DNA of 64,000 nucleotides from Flaccisagitta enflata (taxonomy: Eukaryota). Both the position numbers and the translations under genes were made by a program. The notes below the pieces were generated by a model. The model was given only the letters and a program-made list of their open reading frames with translations. It was not told where the DNA came from and ran no database searches. This document shows, piece after piece, positions 46,237-60,723 of this stretch (position 1 is the stretch's first letter; every line of letters starts with the position of its first letter). The DNA is taken from assembly GCA_965153355.1 (NCBI GenBank), contig OZ231126.1:31620001-31684000 (forward strand), given 5' to 3'.

Positions 46237-48478
46237 CACCCTGTTAATTCCATCTGGTAAAAGATTTGCGGCAAAGACACCTTTCAAAACCACTTCCCCG
46301 GGTTCAGTTATTGCATGGAGACTTCCGATAAAATTGGGGCAAAAAATTTCCCTTACAAACTTTTCCTCCAATGCTCCATTTGTTATGGGTTGTGAGTGCA
46401 GGCTACATGAAGCAATTTCCATAAGAGAAGGTAACTTCTTAAGCTTATATCTCCTGAACGAATCGAGCAAATGACCTCAACTTGGGCTCATTTTAAAGAG
46501 CAGACAAAGCTCTTTAAAATGAGCCCAAGTTGAGATCATTTGCTCAATTTGTCTAGGAGCAAAAGTCTTGCAAAGTTGATGTAATTTTCAGAAAAATGGC
46601 AAAGACCCATATTACTTTGAGAGTTGGTATCTCTTCAACAAAACAACTAAATCAACTCAACTTGGGCTCATTTTAAATAACAGACCGAGCTCATTAAATT
46701 TTGAAATGAGCCCAAGTTAAGGTCATTCGCTCAAGTTGTGTATGAGCAGCAGTCTTTCAAAGTTGTTATTTTCCCTTTTGGGACCCTTTTGGACAAAAGT
46801 CACTGTTTCGACTTTCATTGGCTATCCCAGAAAGCAAGCTTTTTACTATTGCCCAGCTTTGTAATTTGTGTTTGTTTTTGAAATCAAAATCAATCATTCA
46901 TTCATTTTCAGAAAAATAGCAAAGACCCTTACAACTTAAAGAGCTTACATCTCTTAAACAAACAGAGCTTTAGACCTCAACATGGGCTCATTTTAAAGAA
47001 CAGACAGTGCTCTTTGAAATTAGCTTAAATTGGGGACATATCCTCATTTTGTTTAGGTGCAACTGTCATTCAATGTTTGTCATTTTAAGAAAAATACCAA
47101 GTTGTGTGCTGTTGGGCGGCAGCAGTAATGCAATAACCACCCATTAATGCCCAAAGAAAAGTCGCAAAAGCGTTAGATGGTCAGCAGTACCCGCACCCTG
47201 CCAAAGTAGGCTGTCTTGGAAGTTGAGGGGGAGCAGGGCAGCGGCCCCAAAGAGGTTGATGCTATCACACATAAGGAGAATTTTCTCCTTCTCCTTCTCC
47301 TTCTCCTCCCATTTCCCAGCCTTGAGGCCCAAATCACAGTCTTGAGGCAAAAATCCCTTAAGGCTGTAATTTGGGCCTTTGGATTGGTATTTGGGCCTTG
47401 AGGCTGGAATCTGGGTCTTTGGGTTGGGATTTGGGCCTCAAGACTGGGATTTGAGCCTCGAGGCTGAGATATGGGCCTTAAGGCTGGGGGGAGGGGGGTA
47501 CAAAGGAGAAGGAGAAGGAGAAAATTCCCCATATGCGTGAAAGCACAGGTCATCGACCCCTTTGGGGCCGCTGCCCAAAAAGTAGTTTGACCAATCGATG
47601 GATGGACAGATGGACGGACCGATGGACAGATGAATGGACAAACCGGTTGGACGCATCTGAAAAAAAATTTGAAGGATTTATGTGTGCGTCACTTGATTGG
47701 TTGGTTAGTTAGTCGATAGTTCATAGTTGAAAGATGCACTACTATCTTTACAATAGAAATCTTTACACTTTGAAAAGAAGTTCATTTATTGATGTGAAAA
47801 TGGATACTAATCAATTGTGGCGCCATCAATATTTAGTGTGAGCCCCATTTGACTGAATTACAGCGACCATTTGCCTAGGAAGTGTTTTGAAGCGCTTTTT
47901 GAGATATTTTGGGGTGATGGCCCTCCAGACCATTCTTCTCGCCATTTTTTTGATCCCCTTTCTTTGCTATATTTAGACTTATAGCTCCAGAAAGACTCAA
48001 CAAATCAGTGAAAAATTGGTGACATAAATGAAGCTCTTTGAATTTGCTAGCAGTCGACGCAAACCGCATCTGTCTAGCTCAATGCGTATAGAAGTAATTC
48101 AATTTGGAGTAAAATTGCACCATTTGAAGATAGTGTGAAAATGGTAAACGCAAAATTGAAGTATTTCATTCAAAGTTGAATAACTTTTAAAGGCATGGAG
48201 TTAGAGATATGCGGTTTGCGTATATCGCTTGCAAATTTGATGGGCTTTAATATGGCCACCAATTTTTTAAAGATCGGGCTAATAAGACCAGAGATATCAG
48301 TTAAAACATATGTAAAGATTTCTATTGTGAAGATAGTATTTTGTAAATTCCTTTAACTAGGCACTGATAGGCAGACGAAGCCTGATATGAGGTCTTAAAT
48401 GCAGAATATAAGGTCTTAGAGACCTGATAAGAAGTCTGGGAGGCTTTTTTTAGTTGCGGACATACAACTTAGAGGTTT

Positions 48479-48514
<36 letters not shown>

Positions 48515-51500
48515 AGGCCGTCAGTCCATTGGTCCATTGGTCCATTGGTCCATTGGTCCGGGGTCATCAAGTTGAAAAGTGGGATAACAAGTGTTTTAAA
48601 TACAATTTGTGTATGTTTGTGTGTGTATGGGATGGGAGTTGGGGTGTGGATGGGGGTTGGATGCCCCTGCCCACCTGTCCACAATGATATCATGACCCCG
48701 CATCACTTGTTTTAGTCCAAAAGCTTCTGGGGCTGAGAAGCTTGATTTGTCTTCGTCTGATTTGCAGTGTAAAAGGCCTGATTTGGGATCTGAAGGTCCA
48801 GATCTGTTGCCTGTTGTCTGTTGTCTGAGAGGCTCAACTTGGGGTCTGAAAGGACCAGTTTGATGCTGGGGGGTATGTACAGAAAACCCTAGATGTCATG
48901 ATATTTCCATTCTATTTCTGCATTATGCGGCAGACTAAGTGATAAGCTTTTTAGGCAGCGCCCCAAAGGGCCAATGTCCTGTAGGACACGGGTGAAATTC
49001 CAGATGTCTGTCCTTTTGTCCATACATATGTCCCCCCCTGGACTCCTCTCAGGCTCCAAATTAACCCTCTCAGACTGGAAAACAGCCCTCCCAGGCTTAA
49101 AATCAGTCCTCTCAGGCCCAAAACTCAGCTTTCTCAGGTCCAAAATTAGTTGTCGCAAGCCAAAAATCAGTCTTCTCAAACTCAAAATCAGACCACCCGG
49201 GTCTCAATCCAGCCCTCAAAATAAACCTCTCAGGTCTTTATCTGCCCTCAGCCCAGATCTTATTTGAGCCTGTAATCAGCCCCTATATGCCTCATTACTG
49301 CGCTCCAATCAATCAAATCAGCCCTTAAATGTTCCTTCTCAAGATGTCTGGGGATGTCTGACAGGACATTGGCTCTTTGGGGCTGCTACCCTGCTCTCAC
49401 TCCACTACTTCAGCAAATCTCTCCAAGCAGGGCATCAGGTACCACTGACCATGTGCAATCCTTGGATGATTACTTTAAAATTGGTTCCTTCTCAGTCTCA
49501 ATCTACTGTCAGTCTGTCACTGATATGTGCCTCACGGATGAATGAAAGAATAAATTCGTGACTGAATGAATGAATGAATGAATTAATGAATTAAGGAATA
49601 AATTAAAGAATTAACGGGATTGATTAAATGAATTACTACATGAAGAGGTTTAACAAATGGTAATAGTGGCAGCCCTGAAGGAGTCAATGACCTATGGTTC
49701 CACACATTTTTTCCAATTTTTAGGCAGCGGCCCCTAAGGGGTTGATGACCTATGTTTTCACATAGGGGGAAATTTCTCCTTCTCCTCCAGCGTAGCCCCC
49801 CCCATTTGAATCCTGGTCTCGAGGCATAATTCCAGTCTTGAGGCTCAAATCCCAGTATTGAAGCTCTAATCCCAATTTCGAGGTTCAAATCCCAATCTCG
49901 AAGCTCAAATCCAAATCACCAGGCTCAAATCACAATCTCGTGGCTCAAATCCCACTCTCAAGGCTCAAATCCCAGTCTCAAGGCTCAAATCCTAGCTTTG
50001 AAGCTTAAATCCCAGCTCTGAGGCTCACATCCTACTCTGGAGGTTCACATCCCAGCTTTATTATAACAGCATACGTTATCTGCCCCTTTGGGGCCGCTTC
50101 CGCTCTAACCACCTCACACTTACATGAACTCACAAAGGGTAACTGGTACCGCTAACCATCTAACGTTTTTGGGCAGCGGCCCCGAAGGGGACGAAGTCCT
50201 GTAGAACACGGGACTTTCGTTCGTTTGTCCGTTCGTTCGTTCGTCCCCCCCAGGCCCTCTCTGGCCTGAAATCTGCCCTCTCAGGCCTAAAATCTGCCCT
50301 CTCAGGCCTGAAATCTACCCTCTCAGGCCTTGAATCTGCCTTCTCAGGCCTTGAATCTGCCCTTTTAGCCTGAAATTTGCCCTTTCAAGCCTGAAACCTG
50401 CCTGTCAGGCTTAAAATCTGCCCTCTCAGGCCTAAAATCTGCCCTCACAGGCCTGAAATCTGCCCTCTCAGGCCTTGAATCTGCCCTCTCAGGCCTTGAA
50501 TCTGCCCTCTCAGCCTGAAATTTGCCCTTTCAAGCCTGAAACCTGCCTGTCAGGTTTAATATCTGCCCTCTCAGGCCTGAAATCTGCCCTCTCAGATTCA
50601 AGGCCTGAGAGGGCAGATTTTATGCCTGAGAGGACAGATTTTAAGCCTAAGATGGCAGATTTTCAGGCCTGAGAGGGCCTGGGGGGGCGGAAGGATGGAC
50701 AAACAAACGGAAGGACAAACGAACGAAAGTCCCCTGTGTTCTACAGGACTTCGTCCCCTTCGGGGCCGCTGCCCTGCCTCTCATTCCGATTAACAACCAT
50801 GCAAAGCAGGGCAACGGGTATCGCTGACCACATATTGCCCTTGGGGGACCTGTTGTGACTATATATACCCCCAAGCCTCAATTTAGGCTTCTCAGACCAC
50901 AAATAGGGTCCCTCAAAACACAAATCTGGCCGCTCAATTGCCAAATCAGGCCTTTCACACCACAAATGAGACCTCCAGGACCCCAAATCAAGCTAAAAAT
51001 TAGGTCTTTTGGACTAAATGATGCCGGATACACAGCTACCCTAGTCGCGTGCAAGTGGGCAGGGGCAGTGATGAAGGTCACCAGGGCATTTGCGCAGGAG
51101 CAGTGAGCTTGAAAAGCCCAAAAAGTAATAAGTCATCCGATTGCACATGGTCAACGGTACCTGATGTCCTGCTCAGAGTGATCAGCTGAAAAAGTGGAGT
51201 GAGAGCAGGGCAGCGGCCTCAAAGAGCCAATGTCCTGTAGGACACATTTTTTCGAGCTCCTTAAAATAAGCCTAAGTTAAGATCATTTGCTTAACTCGTC
51301 TTAGACATAGAAACTCACAATGAAAATAACATCAACTTTGGAAGACTGTTGCTCCTAAACAAATTGAGCAACTGAACTCAACTTGGGCTCATTTTAAAGA
51401 GCAGACAAGGCTCTTTAAAATGAGCCCAAGTTGAGGTCATTTGCTCAATTCGTTTAGGAGATATAGTCTTTAGAAGTTACCTTATCTAATGGAAATTGCA

Positions 51501-51673
51501 TTATGTGGCCTGTACTTACAACCTATTATAAAATGGATGTTGGAAGAAAAGTTTGTAAGCGAATTTTTTTGCCCCTATTTTATCGGAAATCTCCATGCAG
51601 TTACTGAGCATGGGGAAATGGTTTTGAAAGGTGTCTCTGCCGTAAGTCTTTTACCAGATGGATTAACAGGGTG
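46237..51673. mobile_element. Nested CAC...GTG element with ~350-bp TIRs (Transib-like)
   Basis: CACCCTGTTAATTCCATCTGGTAAAAGA.. (46237-46590) is inverted at 51330-51673 (..TCTTTTACCAGATGGATTAACAGGGTG). 5-bp near-TSD ttttg/tttgg. Confidence 0.7.
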
Positions 51674-52470
51674 TTTGGGGTTAAAAGATGTGTAGAGGGG
51701 GGCTGTATGCCCCTACCCACCTATCCGCGATGGTACTTGTTTTCCTCTTTTTGTCATTCTTTGTAACTCGGTTTTGTTTTTCTTTCTTTTTCTTCCTTTT
51801 CTTTTTTTTTTTCTCCCTTTCCTTTTTGGGCAGCGGCCCCAAAAGGGCCGATGACCTATGCTTTCACACTGGAGAAATTTCTCCTCCTTCTTCTCCTCCT
51901 CCTTCTCCTATGTCCCCCCCCCCCAGGCCTCGAGACCCAAATCCCACCCTCAAAGCTTGTATCCCAGCCCCGACCCCCAAATTCTAGCCTAGAAGCCCAA
52001 ATTTCAGTATTGACACCCAAATTTTAGCCTGCAGGCCCAAATTTCAACCTCGAGTCCCAAATTCCTGGCTTGAATCTCAAATCTCAATCTCAAGACCCAA
52101 ATCCTGTTCAATCCTGTTCATTTCTCAGCTTTCAGGCCCAAATCCCAACAGCATAGATCATCGACCCCTTCGGGGCCGCTGCCCCTCTCACCATCATACA
52201 TCCACACACTTGCAGGGGCAACGGGTACCGCTGACCATCTAACGCTCTTGCGACTATTAAGTTGTGGACACGCAACTCTATAAGAGGCTTTGTCCGTCCA
52301 TTGGTCTGTTGGTCTGTCAGTCCGTCCATGGAAACGAGTCGGAAAATGTGAAAACGATCATTCTAGATGCTTTTTGTGAATATGACGGGGGGGGGGCATA
52401 GGGTGTGAATGGAGGTTGGATGCCCCTGCTCACCTGCCCGCAACAATATTGTGACCCTGCGTCACTTGTT
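47163..52470. mobile_element. Cluster of HINE-like elements: family B at 47163-47576(-), 48953-49470, 49721-50165, 50171-50854, 51828-52254; family A at 48451-48711, 52258-52470
   Basis: Repeated (g)ggcagcggcccc starts after T-runs, ggggccgctgccc 3' subTIRs, 21-bp central repeats; agttgcggaca/agttgtggaca starts for family A. Confidence 0.7.
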
Positions 52471-53748
52471 TTCTTTTCCTTCCCAACAACAGACTTCCTA
52501 GAAAGTCCCAAAAGTCCCTTCCCCTATGCCGCTGCTCAAACATACACAAAAAGTATCTGGATGGACAGACGGATGGACAAAGCCTCTTATAGAGTTGAGT
52601 GTCAGAAGCTAAAAAAATGAAAATAATGTAAAGAATAAGGTGATAATCGCGTTATCAGTGAGAACCACCTTAAATCAAATTAAATCAAGTGCAACAGAGA
52701 AAAACAATTTTGTGGAAAAAATAGTTCTTGATTGTATCCATAACCTTGGTGCGGAACACTAGAAATTAAATTGAGGTCATTTTCCTTGAAACTAAGGAAT
52801 TTTTGTGAGGAGTGGGTGATATTTTGAGTCACTGCCATGCCTAATAAAAATTGTGCGCCGAGCAAGCACCCCACTGCACAGCGACTTGACAGTTCGACAA
52901 TCTGTCTGTTTTATCAGTTGACTGTCCGTCCAGCTGTCCCGGTTGTTCGTCTATTTGTCCGTCCATCTGTCCCGGTTATTCGTCTTTTGTCCGTCCATCT
53001 GTCCTGGTTGTTCGTCTGTTTGTCTGTTCACCTGTCCCGGCTGTTAGACTGTTTGTCAGTTGATTGTAACTTCTTTTTTCTCTCACTTTTTTCCTTATCT
53101 TTTTACATTTTGTTGCTTTAGTTTCCCTCTCTTCCCACACGCGACCGCAGATATTAGGATGGTAACTAGTGTGACCTTGTTTTCCAGATTGAATTTTTTG
53201 CCACAGGTATCTTATATTCTTTTTTCTTTTTTCATCCCTTTTTTTCGTCTCATTTATCACTTTTTTTCTTTTTTTTTTTTTTTTTTTTTTTTTGATCGTG
53301 CCGTTCCTTTCCCAGTTTTCACAAATAGATTTCCGATGGATCAATATCTTAAATGTTTAAATGAATTAATTTACCTTTTTTAGAATGATAAAAAAAAAAA
53401 AACGAAAAAAGAGAAAAGAAAAGTTCACATGTGGGAGTGAAGGGTGAAGGTGGACGGATGCCAAGGAGTGGTGAAACGATTGAAACAAGGAGTGGTGGAA
53501 TCATATATCAGATGTTAAAAGACTTAATCGTTTAATTCAACTAACAGCAAAAGATATAAATAGTAAAAAGTATCTCCAACTATCAATGGATAAATAAACC
53601 TGGACTGTGGACCAGGCAAGACTTGTGCTTAAAGTCAACACATGGTCTTGGCGGGTTTAGAGGCTTCCCATCACCCTTGCTATTACCCATACCAAAACAT
53701 AGAGGAGATGATAGGAAAATAGGAGAATAAATCATATATGCATGTATA

Positions 53749-53848
<100 letters not shown>

Positions 53849-53852
53849 TGGT

Positions 53853-53992
<140 letters not shown>

Positions 53993-54120
53993 CTGTCTCT
54001 CTGTTTATATATCTGTGTGTGAATCACATTGAGCATCCCATGTTCAAGATAAATTCAATTTAACTATAGATTTAGACATATGATGAATTATTAGCAGTCT
54101 GACTTTTAGCACTCGTCGTC

Positions 54121-54427
54121 TTTTTAGATGCGTCCGTCAGGAACGCATCTCTATAAGAGGGTCTGTCCGTCCGTCCGTCCGTCCGTCCGTCGGTCCGTCG
54201 GTCCGTCCGTCGGTCGGTCGGTCGGTCCGTTACGCCTGTGCGAAAACCGCGTTTCTTGGCTGTTTTTGGCCACGGTGAGATCCTACACTGAAACAAATGA
54301 TCAACCAACGTGTTTTCAGAGTCTTTTCACCCGTCTGTCCGTCCATCTGTCTCTCCATACATACGTCATATGATCAATACGAGCTGAGACACAGCCCGGA
54401 CGCATCGTTGTCCGGTCGGGCTTGTTT
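54121..54427 (+). mobile_element. Family-A HINE-like element (GATGCGTCCG subfamily)
   Basis: subTIR GATGCGTCCG (54127) / CGGACGCATC (54397); ctctataagagg; (GTCC/GTCG)n; 3' gtccggtcgggc ttgtt. Confidence 0.75.
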
Positions 54428-54591
54428 AAACAATTCTCCTTATGTTCTTTTTTTTCCTTTTCAGTTTTGTGTGAGAACTTTTTTTTGTTTATATCGCCCA
54501 GATTTCATTTTAGTTAGAAGATTCTTTTAGGCGTCACCGCAATGTTGGCATGAGGGTCGTTCTGTCTCTTGGTTTGTCTGTCAGTTTGTCT

Positions 54592-54691
<100 letters not shown>

Positions 54692-55260
54692 ATGTGTCTG
54701 TCTGTCTGTCTGTATGTATGTCACTCTATCTGCCTGCGTGTCTGCGTCTTTATATCCACAGGATTTTTAAGATCTTTTCAAGGAGTCCTTTCTTTTTTTT
54801 TTTTTATTTCTTATTTTTTCTATGTTTTAACGAGAAGAAATGAAAGGAAAAGGAATATATGAGTTGCAGATGTTTTTTTTTTCTTGCGTTGATTATTTTG
54901 TTTGATAAGCAAAACCTTTCCGCGGTGAATGTTTTTCATTCTTTTTTTTTCTTCAGCTTTTTCTTCAGCTTCTATTTCTTCTTTTCTTTTTTCTTTTTTT
55001 TTTTCATCTTTTTTTTGGCTTCTATATCTTATTCTTCTTCTTCTTCTTCTTCTTTATTTTCTTCTTATTCTTTTTCTCCTTCTCTTTTTCTTCTCGTTTG
55101 TCTTCTCCTTTTTCTTTTTCTTTTTCTCCTTCTTCATTTTTCTTCTTTTACTTTTTCTTCTTCTTTTACTTCTTCTACTTCTTCTTCTAATTCTTCTTCA
55201 GCCTCTCCTTCTCCTTCCCCTGCTTATCCTGCATTTCCTCTTCTCCTTCTCCTTCTTCTT

Positions 55261-55414
55261 TTTAGTCGCGGACTCTATAAGAGGCTTTGTCCGTCCGTCC
55301 GTCGATCGGTTGGTTGGTCGGTCCGTGTTGATCGAGTTGGAAAGTGTGAAAACACGCATTTCCGCCCCTGCCCACCCGTCCGCGACTGGTATTGGCCGTG
55401 TATCCGGCCTTGTT
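55261..55414 (+). mobile_element. Family-A HINE-like element, close to the 6439 copy
   Basis: subTIR AGTCGCGGAC/GTCCGCGACT; ggccg-tgtatc-cggcc hairpin followed by ttgtt. Confidence 0.8.
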
Positions 55415-55652
55415 CTCCAATTTCCCCTACTCTTTCTTCATTTAACTAATTCTCTCTCTCATTTTAAGGCTGTGTATGTGTGTTTGAGAGAGAGGCCTTC
55501 ACATTTTTCAACTTCACTACTATTCTTCTTCTTCTGTTATTTCAATCTTACTTCTTTCTCTCTCTCTCTCACTCTTTCTCGAGCGCCAATAACTACAACC
55601 AGTAGAATGATTTTTACTCTTTTTTTTTTCTCTCTCTCTCACTCTACTCCGC

Positions 55653-55756
<104 letters not shown>

Positions 55757-55951
55757 AAAGTTTTAGTAGAAGATCTTTCCTGTTAGCTTTGAGAAGAGGA
55801 AGGGGAGAGACAAAGATAGCTACATACGAAATAAATGGTTGAGAACGAGAGAGAGCGACATGTAAAATACAGAACGAAGAAAACCCGAACGGATAGATCG
55901 TCGTTTTCGTCATCGTGTTCGTCATCGCCCTCTTCGTTATCATCGCTACAT

Positions 55952-56037
<86 letters not shown>

Positions 56038-56712
56038 CTGTATATCGCAGTCATCGTCATCGATATTTTGAAGGGGTTGTAAAATCGGATGAATTGATTA
56101 TCTGGGAGACAAAGGTAAAGACATAGAAAAGAAAGAAGGAAGAGATAGAGGGAGCGACAAAAGAAATATAGATATAGAACAGAAAGACACAAAGAGAGCG
56201 ACGTATGAAATAAAGATGTGAAGAGACAAAGTTAACGATGAAAGAAATTTAAAAGGAAGAGATAGGGTGAGCGACAAAGACGATAAGTAAAGATTCTATA
56301 GTCAAGGGCCAAAAATGCATCGTCATAGAAACGGAAATCAGATATGAAAGTGGTCTGGAGAGAGAGCTCTTAGAGAGAGAGTGAGAGAGAGAGAGATGTT
56401 ACGTGATAGTGATGGTCAGGGACGGACATTTTATCTATATGTCCGTACCTACTTCCGCGATGTTCATGGGTTCACCGACCTTCATCTTTATATGTTGCGC
56501 CATTTGCTCCTCGGTGCTGCTGTTCCATACAAGTTGTTATCCGGGCACCCATTGAGGGTCATCGGATGCATCTAAAGCCCTTGGCTTGAGATGTTATAGA
56601 GTTATGTGGTGAGATGTGATGTGATACAATGATGCGTTCCTTCAATATCTTAAGGGTATCACTCAGGCAGGTCGGGCAGGGACCGAAACGAAAAGGGATG
56701 GAAAGAGAAAAA

Positions 56713-57925
56713 GAACACGTGATGCGGGGGCAAAATATCGTTACCGACAGGTGGGCAGGGGCACTCAATCCCCCCGAACGCACACACTAACGTACACAGA
56801 AAGTATCTAAAACGCTCGTTTTGCCACTTTTGGATCACGACGGACCGACGGACGGACCGACGGACGGACCGACGGACATAGCCTTTTTATAGAATTGCGG
56901 GTCCGCAAAAGGAAAAGAAAGAAAGAAATAGTAAATGTAAACAAGGGATGAAAATGAAAAAGAAGGATGAAAAAGAAAAGAAAGGAGAAAAGGAGAAAGA
57001 AAGGGAAGGAAATGGGAAAAGAAAAGAAAAAAAAGAATTAGAAGATAAAGTAAAAAGAAAGAAAAGGAAAGAGAAAAAGAAAAGAAAAAAGAAGAAGAAA
57101 GAGAAAGTGAAAAACAAGGGAGAAAGAGGAAGATGGCAGTTTGTAAAAATCGGCATTTTCGAGTGGAATCTGATACAAAAGCTTAAAATCCCATTTCTCG
57201 AATTTCATCTTCAATATTCCAAGTCAAGTGCTTTCATGATTTGTCAATTCATTCTGGAAACCACCTGGAAAGTGGATCCCTGATAACGTGAGTGGAACCC
57301 GCATTTTAGAATGCGACAAATCCAATCTTTGAATATAGCATGCTACACGACCAATTTAGCCACGGGCTAGGGGCAATAAAGCTAAAGTGCCTTATAATCG
57401 ACGAAAAAGAAGATTTTTCCAAATGCTTCTCGGAGCAAACAAGGCCGGATGCACGGCCATCCAAGTCCCGTTCAGGTGGGCAAGGGCAGTGATGATCTAG
57501 TCATCCAAGCATCGCTCATGGTCAGCGGTACTCGATGCCCTGCTTGGAGTGATCAGCTGATGGAGTGGAGTGAGAGCAGGGCAGCGGCCCTTTATGTCCT
57601 GTAGGACACATGCGTGAGTTTCCAGACGTCCTGAGAGGGAACATCGTGGGCTTAGTTTGGGCCTGAGAGCAAATTCTGAATCAAAGAGGATTGATTAGAG
57701 GCCTGGTAATGCTAACTTTTTATTCGAGAGGGTTGATTTGGGGTCTAAGAGGGCTGATCTAGGGCCTGAAAGGGCTGAATCCTTTTGGGGTCACTGCCCA
57801 AAAAGGCTAACCAAGCATTTAGGCAGGAGCAGTAATGCAAAAACCGTATAAAAATGCAGAAAAAGACCGACAGACCAACCGACAGACGTAGCCGGTTATA
57901 GGGTCGCGTGCAAGCGGATAAAAAC
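56713..57925 (-). mobile_element. Family-A elements (56713-56908; 57437-57925), the latter carrying a nested family-B element (~57505-57800)
   Basis: aacaaggccggatgcacggcc 3' end and ttatagggtcgcgtgc 5' end are separated by a gagcagggcagcggccc...ctgcccaaaaa insert. Confidence 0.6.
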
Positions 57926-58218
57926 AGTCATTGTACTAAGAACAAGGGTTGAAACACGGTAACTCTAAAGGAGTGTGGATGGGCAAGGACAGTGAAGCAA
58001 AAACAGCCCGTAGAACCAACAACAGCCCCACCAACCTAAAACCCATCCGTCGGATAAACCGACCAAAAACTGGCTTATAGGATCTTGTTGTTATTGTTGT
58101 TGTTGTTGTTTTTTGGTTTCCGAAGTTTTTTTTTTCTTTGGCTTCTTATATGTATTTGTTGTCGCGTTCAGGCAGTTTTCGCTGCAATTGTAGTGGAGGT
58201 TGTTGTTTTTCCTTTTGC

Positions 58219-58308
<90 letters not shown>

Positions 58309-60019
58309 CCGTTTGTTGTTTGTCGTTTTGTTAAATAGTGGTTGATATTTTTTTTTTTTTTTTTGGTTTCATTTTTTCATTTTTTCATTGTTATCATTGT
58401 TATCATGTTGGTTGAGTAACTAATTCAATATTTGTACAACTGTTATTAAAAATGCTATCCTAAAATGAACTTCATTAAGAAATCTCAAGTGGTTAATGAA
58501 ACATAGATTCTTTTTATTTCATTATTGAAAAAAAGTAGAGGACTAGTTTCCATTTTCATGACAATCCTGTCCTCGGACGAAATCAACCACAACAGGAGGA
58601 AATGAAACAGAAATGCTAAGAATGGGAAAAAACAACGAAAATTAACCCAACGTTCTATTAGATAATATTCTAAACTCTACTCCTGAAGCAGAGAGAGAGA
58701 GAGGAACGTTGAGCCCCTTTTCGCTGATTTATTCGGCACGGCCGGCCCAGAGCACGCCGCGCTAAACATGCTAAAGATGAGACAATTCCATAACTAATTC
58801 ATTTTTTTTATATGTTGTTTTTTAATCTTATGGAATTAATCTTCTTTTTTTCTATTTTCATTGCCTTCAAAATAAAAATTATAGACTCCTGGTAAGCCTG
58901 CCACAGGACATCCCATAGCAAAACGTAATTGTTTGGCCATTAGAATAATAGCGGTTCATTCATGAGATTTTATAAAATTTTGGCACGTAGTGCACAGCCG
59001 CCCCACTGGCATAATGGGGCTTTCCAGCATCCAATCTATTTTCACGTTTTAGCGCCAATTTCAAAACGATTTTGTAACGTCAACGGAATAGCAGTTCCAG
59101 TCTAAAGTCTGATGAATGCATGATGAATTTCATTTTCTACACCAAGGACCAAGGAAGAGAAGAAGAAGAAGAAGAAGAAGAAGAAGAAGAAGAAGAAGAA
59201 GAAGAAGAAGAAGAAGAAGAAGAAAGGGATGGTCTACTGATGTCGTCGTTGTCGTCGTTGTCATCGTTGTCGTCTTCGTTGTTGTTTATAGATCCCGTTT
59301 GCTGCTGTTTGCGTTCAGAACCTTCTTCATGCACTCTCTCTCTCTCTTTTAATATCCCCCTCGCTCTCAAACTATCTAAACACATTCCCCTTTTTATTTC
59401 TCCTCTTCTTCTCCTTTTCATCATTGATTTGGACTTGCAGCTTGTTTATCGAATCACTGCAAAACAACAAGAATAACCAGAACAACACAAATAGAGAAAT
59501 ATTAGCAAAGGCAACACCAGCTACAAACCAAAGATTCTTTTTGATAACAGTAATTAAATGTGATTATCAACGCAACAAATAAACAAACATTCGAAGCATT
59601 ATTTATTTCGATATCTCTTCGTGCTTAAAAAAAGTGTTAAACATTAACAATTGCATCTACTTATCAACATCTCTGTGGGATTTCTCATATCTTCACTCGT
59701 ATTATTCCTGTGGTTATCCATGTGGTCATCCTAGTGGACAATCATCAAACTTATAAATTGGGTTGCCATGGAAACAAACCAACTAAAAGTGGAAATGCCA
59801 TAATTGGTAAGATGACACTATTTTCTTGCAATTGGCCCTTGGTGTACAAACTTCATGCAAACAAATTTGGATGAATATTATTCATTGAATAAGAAGATCT
59901 TTTTTGCAAATTAGTTACGATTAGTTTGTCTATCTTTGGTGCATTTCATGTGCCAATCTACCCTTCAACTCAATGTATCTCTTTATATACCTGTCTTTCT
60001 CTCTCGGCATGTCTCCATT

Positions 60020-60110
<91 letters not shown>

Positions 60111-60627
60111 TGCCGTCTCAATTACCTCAGTAACCTCACACTGTGTCTCTATGTCCATTTTTTTTTCTTTCAATTTTCCTTTGTTTTCTGAGATTTTAGT
60201 CCTTGAAACTCTTTGGTGCTCACGTCTTTTCAATGGTCTCTCTTTGTCCATCCTTTCATCTTTGATTTTGGCCCTTATGAAACATAACATGAACGGTTAC
60301 CCGGACCAATAAGAAGTAGCATGGGGGTGGGCAGGGGCAGTAAAGTGGGTGAGCAGTAAAGTGGGTGGGCAGATGTAATGTGGGAATGTCGGGGCTGTAA
60401 TTGTAATGTGGATGGTAGGAGCTGCAATGCTTAGAAATCACATTTAACAAAGAAATTTAAGCAGACATCAACTGCTACTTCTACTCCTCTTCCTCCTCTT
60501 CCTCCTCCTCTTCCTCCTCTTCCTCATCCTTCTTTGCTACCACCTCCCAGTCCCTTGGGGCGGGATTGAACAGAATTCAGAAGGGAGCTAAAATGATGAG
60601 TCACAGGGATTTTAACTCAGTGAGTTT

Positions 60628-60723
<96 letters not shown>

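Larger units (their letters stand above)
44588..52878. mobile_element. Old Transib-like element with ~135-bp TIRs, expanded by nested insertions
   Basis: CACAGTGGGG..cttgttcggcacacaatttt..aggaaaatgacctca..ccgcaccaagg (44588-44722) is inverted at 52744-52878. TSD not preserved. Confidence 0.65.

Noticed and set aside
56420..56680. Coding-like GC-balanced patch (similar patch at 24150-24700)
   Set aside because: Stops in the candidate frames and no motif I can recognise with confidence.
58540..59520. Candidate CAS promoter or first exon
   Set aside because: Unique sequence with a small CpG-rich patch, but no diagnostic signal to support a call.
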